A stretch of 64,000 bases of DNA, taken from positions 160,001-224,000 of the forward strand of contig CAVURN010000005.1 of assembly GCA_963743915.1 (NCBI GenBank), given 5' to 3'. This document shows positions 1-9,051 of this stretch, piece by piece. The position numbers were made by a program, and so were the translations under genes. This DNA comes from an uncultured Actinomycetota bacterium. Its GTDB lineage: Bacteria; Actinomycetota; Actinomycetes; JAHEKZ01. The notes under the pieces were generated by a model. The model did no database searches. It had not been told where the DNA came from and saw only the letters and a program-made list of their open reading frames with translations. The first letter of the stretch is position 1. Every line of letters starts with the position of its first letter.

Positions 1-123
1 TATCACCTGCTGACGGGCGCCGGGCGCCGCTGCGCGACCCGGACACCGGCAGATATTCACGAGGGGTGTCGGTCGAGCCCATCGCCACATCATCAGCACG
101 GCGCGCACGGTGCCAGGGCCGTC

Positions 124-276
124 CTGGATGCGCACGGCAACAGCGTCCGCGGCAGCCTGGCGGCGCGGCGGCTGTCCGAGGAGCTGGGTCTCGACCTCTT
201 CGCCAGCGCACCCAGCCGGGACGGGCCTCCGCGACACCTTGCGACGCGCGGATTCATCGCGCAGCCAGGTCAGTGA
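124..276 (+). pseudogene. Glutaminase C-terminal remnant
   Basis: Frame 1 reads LDAHGNSVRGSLAARRLSEELGLDLFAS...*, typical of the GlsA C-terminus; no KSG/SPP glutaminase sequence in any frame over 1-123. Confidence 0.6.
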
Positions 277-734
277 AGTGGGATCCCTGAGTCATCGCCC
301 TCTTGGCGAGGACCAGAGATCCTCCGCTCCGAGGAGTCGATCGGGACGTCATTGATGCTGGCCTCACGTCGGGCCATGTAGCCGAGGTCGTCGAACTCCC
401 AGTTCTCGTTGCCGTACGAGCGGTACCACTGGCCGTCGTCATCGTGCCACTCGTACTGGAACCGAACAGCGATGCGGTTGCCCTCAAAGGCCCAGAGGTC
501 CTTCCTCAGCACGTACTCGTGCTCCTTCGCCCACTTGCGGCGAAGAAACTCGACGATCTGCTCACGCCCGATCAGGAACTCATTGCGGTTACGCCACTGC
601 GAATCAGACGTGTACGCCGCTGCAACCTTCTCAGGGTCCCGGGTGTTCCACGCAGCCTCGGCCGCCCGAACCTTTTGACGGGCAGTTGAGTCATCGAACG
701 GAGGGAGAGGAGGACGGGGAGGGGTGTCGGTCAT
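270..734 (-). CDS. DUF1348 / SnoaL-NTF2-like protein
   Basis: [56 protein letters not shown]; CACAAT 6 nt before ATG. Confidence 0.9.
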   Translation of the reverse strand: MTDTPPRPPLPPFDDSTARQKVRAAEAAWNTRDPEKVAAAYTSDSQWRNRNEFLIGREQIVEFLRRKWAKEHEYVLRKDLWAFEGNRIAVRFQYEWHDDDGQWYRSYGNENWEFDDLGYMARREASINDVPIDSSERRISGPRQEGDDSGIPLH

Positions 735-821
735 CCCCTCATTGTGCCCGCGCCCCACTGCCTGCCACGACGTAGTCCGCACGTGCGTCGTCGGGGATCC
801 CTTGCTGGAGGGTAACTACAC

Positions 822-1859
822 CTAGCGCAGTGGGGTCATGGTGTGCAGCAGGCGGTTGGGGGTACCAGCCGGCAGCCCGGCGAGCAGCCCCTTCGTCGAG
901 CCACTCAGGATCCAGTGACGAACCCTCGAAGGCTGAGCCCTGGGGTGCGTCGACAGGAACAGCGCCGCCGCGCCACTGACGTACGGCGTGGCCCAGGACG
1001 TCGCTCCCGATCCGCGGTACCGGAACACGCCATCACCTCGCAGCACCGACCGAACCCCGACGCCGGGCGCGAACAAGTCCACACACGGTCCGACGTTCGA
1101 CCCGCTCCAGCGACGGTCGTTCCGGTTCGAAGCGCCGACGGTCAGCACCGTCGGCGCCTGAGCAGGAGTGCGGCGGCACGCGTCGCCGGCTTCGTTACCG
1201 GCGGCGGCGACGGCGGTGATACCCGCCCGTTCGAGCCGCCGCATGGCTCGGCTCACGCCGGTGAACCGCTCCGGGAAGCCGAGCGACAGGTTGACCACAG
1301 CCGGTCCTCGATGCCCTGCCGCGTCCGCAATCACCCAGTCGATCGCTCGGACGACGCGTCGAGCTTCGACGCGCGCCGGCGGAGAGCCGGTGCCCTCGCC
1401 GCCCTCGAGCGCCCTCACCGAGACCAGACGCGCGCCCTTCGCCACACCGGTGACGCGACCTCCCGCAATCCCGGCGACGAACGTCGCATGTCCGACCGCG
1501 AACGAGTCGCTGCAGTCGGTCCACGGACCCCCGGCGACGTTGGGCCCACGTCGCGCTCGGCTGCCGAACTCGGGGTTGCCGACCTGCGCACCGCAGTCGA
1601 CCACGTAGATCGTCACCCCGGAGCCGTCCGCCCTGGACCGGTAGGTGTGGTCAAGCGGCAATCGCCGCTGATCGATGCGGTCGAGCGCCCACCCTGGCGC
1701 GCTCTGCACGTTGACGGCTGACGTCGGACCCGCAACGGCGACAGGTCGATCGACGACACCGACGCTCGAAACCAACGCGAGCGCGGCCGTCGCAGTGACG
1801 AGCAACCAGCGGACCGGCACGCGTCTCACCCTAGCCACGCTCACACCCAAGGGGAGCAC
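822..1859 (-). CDS. Secreted S8 subtilase (aqualysin/proteinase K-like); start uncertain
   Basis: WALDRIDQR.LPLD, VVDCG, GHATFVAG, AAGN, ATSWATPYVSG, GTPNRLL; hydrophobic signal peptide. Confidence 0.85.
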   Translation of the reverse strand: MLPLGVSVARVRRVPVRWLLVTATAALALVSSVGVVDRPVAVAGPTSAVNVQSAPGWALDRIDQRRLPLDHTYRSRADGSGVTIYVVDCGAQVGNPEFGSRARRGPNVAGGPWTDCSDSFAVGHATFVAGIAGGRVTGVAKGARLVSVRALEGGEGTGSPPARVEARRVVRAIDWVIADAAGHRGPAVVNLSLGFPERFTGVSRAMRRLERAGITAVAAAGNEAGDACRRTPAQAPTVLTVGASNRNDRRWSGSNVGPCVDLFAPGVGVRSVLRGDGVFRYRGSGATSWATPYVSGAAALFLSTHPRAQPSRVRHWILSGSTKGLLAGLPAGTPNRLLHTMTPLR

Positions 1860-1899
1860 GCCGGACGCTCGGCCACCAGGATCGCGACACTCGCCGCGC

Positions 1900-2496
1900 T
1901 TAGCTCGAGCCGTGCGCCTTGGGTGCGGCTCGTACGTGGGCGCGTTCGCCCTGCTTGCCGATCAGGCTGAGGTACTCGACTGGTCCAGAGCTGGTGGCTG
2001 CAAACCAGTGCGGTGTACGCGTGTCGAACTCCGCGGCCTCACCCGGCTCGAGGATGAGGTCGTGCTCACCCAGCACGAGCCGGAGCCTGCCGTTCAGTAC
2101 GTAGACCCAGTCGTATCCCTCGTGCGTGCGCACGTCAGGCTCGGCGTCGTCGCGGCCGGCAGGAAGCACGAACTTGTAGGCCTGAATACCGCCCTGCCTG
2201 CGAGTGAGGGGCAGGATCGTGGAGCCATCGGCACATGGGATGGGCCGCAGGTGAACACGCGGGTTGCCGGTAGGAGGAGCGTCGACGAGCTCGTCGAGAG
2301 TGACGCCGTAAGCACGCGCTAGGGGGAGCAACTGCTCCAGGGTGGGGCGGCGCAGCCCCGCTTCCAGCCGGGACAGCGTGCTGGCCGAAATCCCGGTCTC
2401 CTCAGCCAGCTCGCTGAGGGTGGTGCCACGACGTTGCCGTAACCGCTTGAGTCGCGGTCCCACCGCCTCGAGCGTTCGATCGGCCGAGGTATCCAT
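1900..2496 (-). CDS. XRE-family HTH regulator with cupin domain
   Basis: VGPRLKRLR..TLSELA..GIS.STLSRLE.G.RRPTLE; HEGYDWVYVL.G, AEFDTRTPHW. Confidence 0.9.
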   Translation of the reverse strand: MDTSADRTLEAVGPRLKRLRQRRGTTLSELAEETGISASTLSRLEAGLRRPTLEQLLPLARAYGVTLDELVDAPPTGNPRVHLRPIPCADGSTILPLTRRQGGIQAYKFVLPAGRDDAEPDVRTHEGYDWVYVLNGRLRLVLGEHDLILEPGEAAEFDTRTPHWFAATSSGPVEYLSLIGKQGERAHVRAAPKAHGSS

Positions 2497-2506
2497 ATCT
2501 GGCATT

Positions 2507-2520
2507 TTGCCATCCGGCAA
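2507..2520. promoter_or_regulatory. Palindromic operator candidate TTGCC-N4-GGCAA
   Basis: Perfect inverted repeat between the divergent XRE and methyltransferase genes. Confidence 0.45.
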
Positions 2521-2631
2521 CGATGTTTGCGCATCCGCCTTCTCGGGCTCACCATCGCACAGGGTGGCTCAACACATCAGTGCCGACCTCGCGAGGAAGA
2601 CGTCGATGGGCGAAGACACAGGAGGCAACCG

Positions 2632-3264
2632 ATGACGCAGTCCTTCGACAAGGACTACTGGGACCAGCACTGGCACGGTGACCGAGCCGGCACCCCGGTC
2701 GCGATGGCTGTGAGCCCGCCCAATCCACACCTGGTGCGTGAACTCGACGATCTGGTGCCCGGGACGGCACTCGACGCGGGCTGCGGTGCGGGAGCGGAGG
2801 CGATCTGGCTCGCGTCCCGCGGCTGGCAGGTGACCGCCGCGGACATCGCGGAGGAGGCCCTGACTCGCGCGGGCGAGCGTGCCGCCGAGAGCGGTGTCGC
2901 GGGGCAGGTGCGATGGATTCAGGCTGACCTGACCGCATGGGAACCGGGCACAAGGTATGACCTGGTGACGACCCACTACGCGCATCCAGCGATGCCGCAA
3001 CTGGAGTTCTACCGCCGGATCGCCACCTGGGTCGCCCGGAACGGCACTCTCTTGATCATCGGCCACCTTCAGCACGGGCATGGGGGCGGTGATGGTCAGC
3101 CGCTCGCCGCGGCGTCAGTCACCACCGCAGACATCACGGCGCAGCTCGATCCCCCCTTGTGGGAGGTCGTAACGGCCGAGGAGTCGCACCGCACCCTGCC
3201 CGGCCACGGTCGCAAACCGGCGATCCTCCACGACGTCATCGTTCGGGCGACCCGCCGACACTGA
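2632..3264 (+). CDS. Class I SAM-dependent methyltransferase
   Basis: ALDAGCGAGAEAIWLA.RGWQVTAAD; GGAGG RBS before ATG 2632. Confidence 0.9.
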   Translation: MTQSFDKDYWDQHWHGDRAGTPVAMAVSPPNPHLVRELDDLVPGTALDAGCGAGAEAIWLASRGWQVTAADIAEEALTRAGERAAESGVAGQVRWIQADLTAWEPGTRYDLVTTHYAHPAMPQLEFYRRIATWVARNGTLLIIGHLQHGHGGGDGQPLAAASVTTADITAQLDPPLWEVVTAEESHRTLPGHGRKPAILHDVIVRATRRH

Positions 3265-3479
3265 TCTATCGACCGACGCGGCAGCACGCAAGCGGCCACT
3301 CAGGTCTCGGTGCCTCGCACCCGGCAGTCCCACGACTTCCTCAGCGGCTGAGGGGACAAGACACAGGGGTCTGGCTCCTAGAATGGATCAAGCTGCTAGG
3401 TGGCTTTGCTCGTGCAGACCATGACGCTCTACGCGTCGTGCTGGACCATCGGCGAAGTGCAGGCGGGTGGAGGGTGGCC

Positions 3480-3998
3480 GTGACAGACGGAGCCTTGAGT
3501 GTCAGCGAGGTCACCGAGCAGGAGCCGCCTCGCCGGACCCGCCGAGCTCCACTGTGGTTGCTGGTAGTGCTGTCGCTGATGGCTGTGGGGGGTGTAGCCA
3601 TTGCGTGGTCACAGCCGGCCAACAACGAACTGAGGGTGGCAGCCAGCGAGCAGGAGTTCCTCAACGCTCTGGACGCGATGCAGACGGAGTGGTACTGCAC
3701 CATCGACGAGAACGCAGCTGGCCCCGACAGCGTTGGGTTTACATGGGCTGGCTGCAACCTGGGCAGCGACGGAACCAAGTTGAGCGTGGAGTACTGGCAA
3801 GATCTCGACGGCGCGCTCGCCCTCACGGCCGAGCTGAGAGAAAGGGACCCCATCGCGTTCACCTCGGAGTGCATCTACATCGGAGACCACGTGGTGGTCA
3901 CCTGGTCGTCGGCGTCGGCAACCGACGAGGATGTGCAGAAGGTGGCTGATGCGCTCGACGGCTGGAAGCAGCCGGAAGGTCAGCGCGACTGCCCATGA
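3480..3998 (+). CDS. Hypothetical membrane-anchored/secreted Cys-containing protein
   Basis: GGAGG before GTG; single TM (LWLLVVLSLMAVGGVAIAW) followed by an acidic domain with 4 Cys. Confidence 0.6.
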   Translation: MTDGALSVSEVTEQEPPRRTRRAPLWLLVVLSLMAVGGVAIAWSQPANNELRVAASEQEFLNALDAMQTEWYCTIDENAAGPDSVGFTWAGCNLGSDGTKLSVEYWQDLDGALALTAELRERDPIAFTSECIYIGDHVVVTWSSASATDEDVQKVADALDGWKQPEGQRDCP

Positions 3999-4015
3999 GC
4001 GCCCCCTCTCACACA

Positions 4016-4047
4016 CTGAAAGGGCCCGAGGCGTCGGGCCCCTTCAG
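4016..4047. terminator. Hairpin, probable terminator of ssrA (and of the convergent gene)
   Basis: CTGAAAGGGCCCGA-GGCG-TCGGGCCCCTTCAG. Confidence 0.7.
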
Positions 4048-4089
4048 CTATCCGCGAATGCGGTCGGCGGCTCTTTCGCGAACCGCTCA

Positions 4090-4461
4090 TGGTGGAGGTG
4101 GCGGGAATCGAACCCGCGTCCTTCGTCGGCCGTACAGGGCTTCTCCGGGTGCAGCCTGCTGTGCTTTTCTCAGCCCCGGCAGTCACGCAGGCAAGCTGCC
4201 GACGGGCTCAGTCACTGTGAGATGTTCCCGCGGGACCCGTGACCGGTCCCTTGGGTGGAGCTTCCTAGTCGACGCCAGACACCGGATCGGAAGCAGCTCC
4301 GGGCTGACGGATCTTCAACTTCGCTTAGGCAGCGAGAGCGAGATCAGTGCGCGATGTATTGGCACTTATTGGTTTCCAAGGAATGGTTAACGAGATCGTC
4401 CTTGGCATCCTCGACCCGCTTCCCCTGGACAGTCCGTCCAAAGTCGAAACCTTTCACCCCC
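4090..4461 (-). ncRNA. ssrA: tmRNA; tag ORF 4325-4363 encodes ANTSRTDLALAA*
   Basis: 5' GGGGGTGAAAGGTTTCGAC; 3' GGGTTCGATTCCCGCCACCTCCACCA with G3.U alanine acceptor pair; ATAAGT-GCC resume context; TAGAAT -10 at 4491-4496. Confidence 0.97.
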
Positions 4462-4534
4462 ATGGGTGAACCCTCTTCAGTTGTCCCCCCATTCTACGCG
4501 ATCGGCCCCTGAAACGCCGACCGGCATTTCGGCC

Positions 4535-5957
4535 TCATGTACGGGCTAGGACGGCACCAGCCGCGTTCCATCCACCCATCCCGTGCACACCTGCGCCTGG
4601 CGGCGTCGACGACGAGCAGAGGTAGAGACCGGGCACCGGCGTCGTCCAGGGCGACCGCGACAGCACCGGGCGGGCCAGGAACTGGCGCCAGTCGGACGCC
4701 CCACCGGCGATGTCACCACCGACCTCGTTGGCGTTGTGCGCCTCCAGCGCCGCCGTGTCCATCGTGTGGCGAGCCAGGATCCGCTCCCGGAAACCCGGTG
4801 CGAACCTCTCCATCTGTGCCTCGATCCGGTCGGTCATGTCGACCCTCGATCCGTGCGGCACGTGGCAGTAGGCCCAGCCGGTGTGCTTGCCCTCAGGGGC
4901 CCGCGTCGCGGTCCGCGACGGTCGCCTGGACGAAGAGCACGTAGGGACGTTGCGGGTGCTGGCCGGACGTGACCGCGCGCTCGCTCGCGGCGACCTCCGA
5001 GGCCGTCCCGCAGACGTGCACGGTGCCGGCCTCGGCCAGCCTCGCGTCCGCCCACGGCACCGGACCGTCCAGGGCCCAGTCGACCTTGAACACACCAGGC
5101 CCGTAACGGAACTTGCCGAGGCGCCGTCGGTAGGAGGGAGGCAGCAGCTCGCCACCGATCGCGACCACCTGTCGCGGTGTGAGGTCGAGGATGATGCTGG
5201 ACGTCGGCGGCAGATCGGCCAAGGACGTCACGCGGTGGTCGGTGACGACCTCACCGCCGAGTGAACGCAGCCTCGCGACCAGGGCGTCCGCGATCGACTG
5301 GGATCCCCCCACGGCGACGGGCCAGCCCACGCGATGGGCGAGCCCGCCCAGCAGCATGCCGAAGCCCGCGGTCGTCAACGAGCTGAGCGAAAGCATGGAG
5401 TGGGCGGACAGGCCGGCCAACAGCGCGCGCGCCGGGGCCTCCCGGAATGCCACGCGCTCCACGAGCTGCGACGGCCAAGCGCCGATCGATCCGTACCGCG
5501 CCAACGCCAACGGAGCCCGCGGGGGGATCTGCAGCGGGGACAGCAGAGCATCGACGAGTGGGTCACCGGCGTTCGCCACAGCCCCCATGACCCTTCGCCA
5601 CGCGGCGCCGTCGCGACCGAGGCCGGACGCGGTCTCGGCGACATCGCGCAGGAGCAGCGCGCTCTCGCGCTGGTTGAGCGGATGTCCGAGCGGGACGCCG
5701 GGGTGCGCGAACTCCAGTCCTTCGGACGCCAGACCGAACGCCCGAAAGGCGTGGGACGCCATGGCAAGCGGGTGCACCGACGAGCACACGTCATGCCGGA
5801 ATCCGGGCAGGGTGAGCTCCTCGGTGCGCAGGCCGCCACCCCAGGTGGACGCCGCCTCGAGCACCAGCACCCGCTGACCCGCCGCAGCCAGCCGGTTCGC
5901 CGCGGCCAGGCCGTTCGGCCCGGAGCCGACGACGATCGCATCGTGGTCCATGTCCAC
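4535..5957 (-). CDS. Phytoene dehydrogenase-like FAD oxidoreductase (frameshift near 4900)
   Basis: GSGPNGL..A, HDVCS.VHP, VGGSQ.IADAL; C-terminus ERFAPGF, GGDIAGG, LCSSSTPPG.GVHGM.G in a second frame. Confidence 0.88.
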
Positions 5958-6020
5958 AGCCTGCCGCGTCCAGGCTCGGCTGTCGTCGCGGGGGTTGCTC
6001 GGGCGTGCGGGGCGGAGAGG

Positions 6021-7259
6021 TCACCTGGTGACGTCAGCCAGCCGACGTTCCAGGTACCGGCGCTCGACGTCGTTCCCGACGACCAGCAGCGCCTGGCGGT
6101 ACTCATCAGCCGCCTCGCTGTCCCGGCCGAGCCGCCTGAGCAGGTCGGCTCGTGCGGCGGGCAGGTAGTGGTAACCCTTCAACGCCGGATCACCGGCCAC
6201 CCGGTCGAGCACCGCCAGCCCGGCCTGGGGGCCGTCCGCCATGGCGACGGCGGCGGCCCGGTTGAGCTGGACGACAGGGGACGGCCAGACCGACAGCAGA
6301 TCGTCGTACAGCCGGACGATCAGCGGCCAGTCCGTCCGCTCCCAGGTCGATGCCCGGGCATGGACCGCGGCGATGGCAGCCTGCAGCGCGAACCGACCGT
6401 GCGGTTCGGGTCCCACGAGCGCCCGGGCCGCCAGCAGACGCCCCTCGGCGATCTCGTCGGCGTCCCACCTCGACCGGTCCTGGTCCTCCAGCAGCACGAG
6501 CTCACCCGCGTCATCCACCCTTGCCGCTCGCCGAGCGTCGGTGAGCAGCATGAGCGCCAGCAGTCCCTGCACCTCGAGCTGCCCGGGCATCAGGCCGCTC
6601 AGCAAGCGTCCAAGGTCCAGCGCCCGCACGGTCACCTCACGATCGAGCAGGTCGTCACCCGACGAGGCCGTGTGTCCAGCGGTGAAGAAGAGGTGCAGAG
6701 TGGTCAGGACGGCGTCCAACCGCTCCTGCAGGTCGTTGTCGGTGGGCATGACGAAGGGGATGCGCGCGAGGGAGATCTTCTTCTTGCCGCGCGTGATGCG
6801 CGCGGCCATGGTCGACTCGCTCACCAGGAAGGTGCGGGCGATCGCGGGAGTCGGCAGGCCGCAGACGAGTCGCAGGGTCAGCGCCACCTGTGTCTCGGGA
6901 GCAAGCGCCGGATGGCAGCACGTGAAGACGAGGCGCAGGCGGTCGTCAGGGATCACCGATGCCTCCTCGTCGCGGGCAGTCTCGTCATCCTCCGGCTCGA
7001 TCAGCAGGGGGATCTTGCGCTGCAAGGTCTGTTGGCGCCGCAGCTGGTCCAACGCCTTGCGGCGTGCGGTCGTGGTGAGCCACGCTCCCGGTCGATCGGG
7101 GACGCCGTCGGCGTCCCAGCGCTCGAGCGCGGCGACGAATGCCTCCTGGACACATTCCTCGGCCAGGTCGAGGTCACCGGCGACGCGTACCGTCGCGGCG
7201 AGCACCTGGGCCCACTCGCGGCGGTACGCGTCGTCGACGGCGTCGCGAGCGGCGGTCAC
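6021..7259 (-). CDS. ECF42-type RNA polymerase sigma factor with C-terminal TPR extension
   Basis: AEECVQEAF, DDRLRLVFTCCHPAL, QDRSRWD, LQAAIAAVH; GTGA overlap with the DGPF gene. Confidence 0.92.
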   Translation of the reverse strand: MTAARDAVDDAYRREWAQVLAATVRVAGDLDLAEECVQEAFVAALERWDADGVPDRPGAWLTTTARRKALDQLRRQQTLQRKIPLLIEPEDDETARDEEASVIPDDRLRLVFTCCHPALAPETQVALTLRLVCGLPTPAIARTFLVSESTMAARITRGKKKISLARIPFVMPTDNDLQERLDAVLTTLHLFFTAGHTASSGDDLLDREVTVRALDLGRLLSGLMPGQLEVQGLLALMLLTDARRAARVDDAGELVLLEDQDRSRWDADEIAEGRLLAARALVGPEPHGRFALQAAIAAVHARASTWERTDWPLIVRLYDDLLSVWPSPVVQLNRAAAVAMADGPQAGLAVLDRVAGDPALKGYHYLPAARADLLRRLGRDSEAADEYRQALLVVGNDVERRYLERRLADVTR

Positions 7260-7618
7260 CCGCCCGAGGTGTCGACGATCGGTCGGACCTCCACGCCACC
7301 CTTGATCGCCGGAAGGATCCGCGCGAACCCGATGGCGGCGTCCAGGTCCGCGCACTCGATCACGTAGTAGCCGCCCAGGGTCTCCTTGGTCTCGGCGAAA
7401 GGCCCGTCCGTGACCAGGATGCTCGGGGTGCCCTGACCGCGCACGGTGGTGGCCGTGGACGCCGGCGCCAGGGCGTTACCGTCGACGATGGTCCCTCCAC
7501 CGGCGACGACCTTCTCCTGGAACTCGTTGTGCAGCGTGAGCATGCGCTCCCACTCCTGCGGTCCCATCGACTCCTCTGCCTCGGCGTCTCCGAAGATCAG
7601 GAACAGGTACTGGGCCAT
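7256..7618 (-). CDS. YciI/DGPF-family protein
   Basis: TDGPFAETKE.LGGYY..EC.DLD.A, VEVRP; GGAG RBS. Confidence 0.93.
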   Translation of the reverse strand: MAQYLFLIFGDAEAEESMGPQEWERMLTLHNEFQEKVVAGGGTIVDGNALAPASTATTVRGQGTPSILVTDGPFAETKETLGGYYVIECADLDAAIGFARILPAIKGGVEVRPIVDTSGG

Positions 7619-7711
7619 GAGAACTCCTTCGATGAGAGGTGCTGTCACCCCTCCGACGAACGAGTGTGCCCCGATTCGACAGCTCCGCGGTCAGCCTGTG
7701 CCGTCCGGTGC

Positions 7712-8928
7712 CTACCGGCGGAACGGTCCGGTGATCTCGAAGGTCATGCCGTTGACGCCGTCAGTCCCTCGCTGCGACGTCATGTAGAGGCGCGTCCCGT
7801 CCGGGTTGAAGGCCAGCCCGGTGATCTCCGACTCGGGCTTCCAGCTCGACGACGGCACCGTGTCCGGGTCCTGGCCCGGTGACCCGGTCTCGCCCCCTGC
7901 GTGACCGACCAGCTGGACGAAGGGAGCCGCGACCCGCGAGCGCGCGCCGTCGGCCAGCAGCACCAGCTGGAGGTCGTCGGCGTCCTCACCGACGAAGATG
8001 TCCCCGGACGTGGGGTGCGCGGTGATGCAGTCCGGGTCCTTCAGCGGTGCATCGGCACCGAGCTCAGCGGCGTCGTAGATGACCTCGATCGCGTCCGTGG
8101 CGGTGTTGTGCGCCCAGACCCGGTCGTCGCCGGTGGTCGTGAAGTACACGTGCCCGTCGGAGAAGAACGCGCCCTCACCGCGGTTGAAGGCGGTGGTGCG
8201 CTTGGTCCGCTCCGCCTTCTGCGTGCTGACCTCGACCCAGCTGAGCCGGTTGCCGGCACTGTTCAGCTTGGCGGCCTCCAGGACTCCCGCGGACAGGTCG
8301 CCGTAGCGCTCCGGCAGGAACCGGTAGTAGCCGGCCAGTCGCGTAGTCCTCGGTCAGGTAGACCCATCCGGTCACCGGGTCGACGACCGCTGCCTCGTGC
8401 GGGAAACGTCCGAGCAGGGGTCGCGCGACGCCCTGGCTCGGCCGGGTCGGGTCGCACTCCCAGACCAGACCGTCCTTGAACTCCTCGCCGGACAACCAGG
8501 TGCCCCAGGGTGTGGCCCCGCCCGAGCAGTTCCACTTGGTGTCGCTGAGGATCCGGTAGGCGTCGGTGATCTCGCCGACGGCGGTTGAACCGGATCGCCG
8601 CGGCTCCGCCACCTGTGCCGTTCACCTCGGAGTTGGCCGCGTAGATCCAGCCCCCGTCGGCTGTGGCGAAGCAGGCGGCACCGTCGGGCTCACGGACCCA
8701 CGGGAACGTGGTGCCCGGCACGCGGTCTCCGGTGTAGCCGATGAGCCGTGCGGAGAAGCCCGAGGGCAGTCGGACCCCGTACTGGTCCGGGGCGCCCAGG
8801 GGCCCGTACGGTCCGGGTCCGACCACGACCGGTGAGGCGAGCGCCTCGCGCCAGAAGCCGAGGCCGAAGGTGAGCGCGGTGGTGGTGGCACCGAGCTTGA
8901 GGGCGGTGCGACGATCCAGAGTTGTCAT
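7712..8928 (-). CDS. Tat-exported PhoX-like (DUF839) phosphatase, split by about 3 frameshifts
   Basis: DRRTALK Tat signal; PDGAACF, NCSGGATPWGTWLS.EE, GRF.HEA, YLTED, SEITGLAF.PDG.RLY..SQRG. Confidence 0.85.
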
Positions 8929-9005
8929 CCCGTGAGGCTAGGGATCCGGAAGGCCACGGGAGTGGACGGAGGGCGAAATCATCACAACGGGCCGTCGACG
9001 CCTAG

Positions 9006-9025
9006 ACCTGAATGACTATTCAGGT
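9006..9025. promoter_or_regulatory. AT-rich palindrome ACCTGAAT-GACT-ATTCAGGT
   Basis: Perfect 8-bp arms between the DUF2207 stop and the phoX-like promoter. Confidence 0.4.
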
Positions 9026-9051
9026 GTTGTCGGGTCCCGACTGGGGGACGG

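Noticed and set aside
4090-4125. tRNA gene
   Set aside because: The T-arm and CCA belong to the tmRNA tRNA-like domain
5950-5958. ATGTCCACA (and TGTGGACAG near 52480) as further DnaA-like boxes
   Set aside because: Overlap coding sequence, mismatched, no matching promoter spacing
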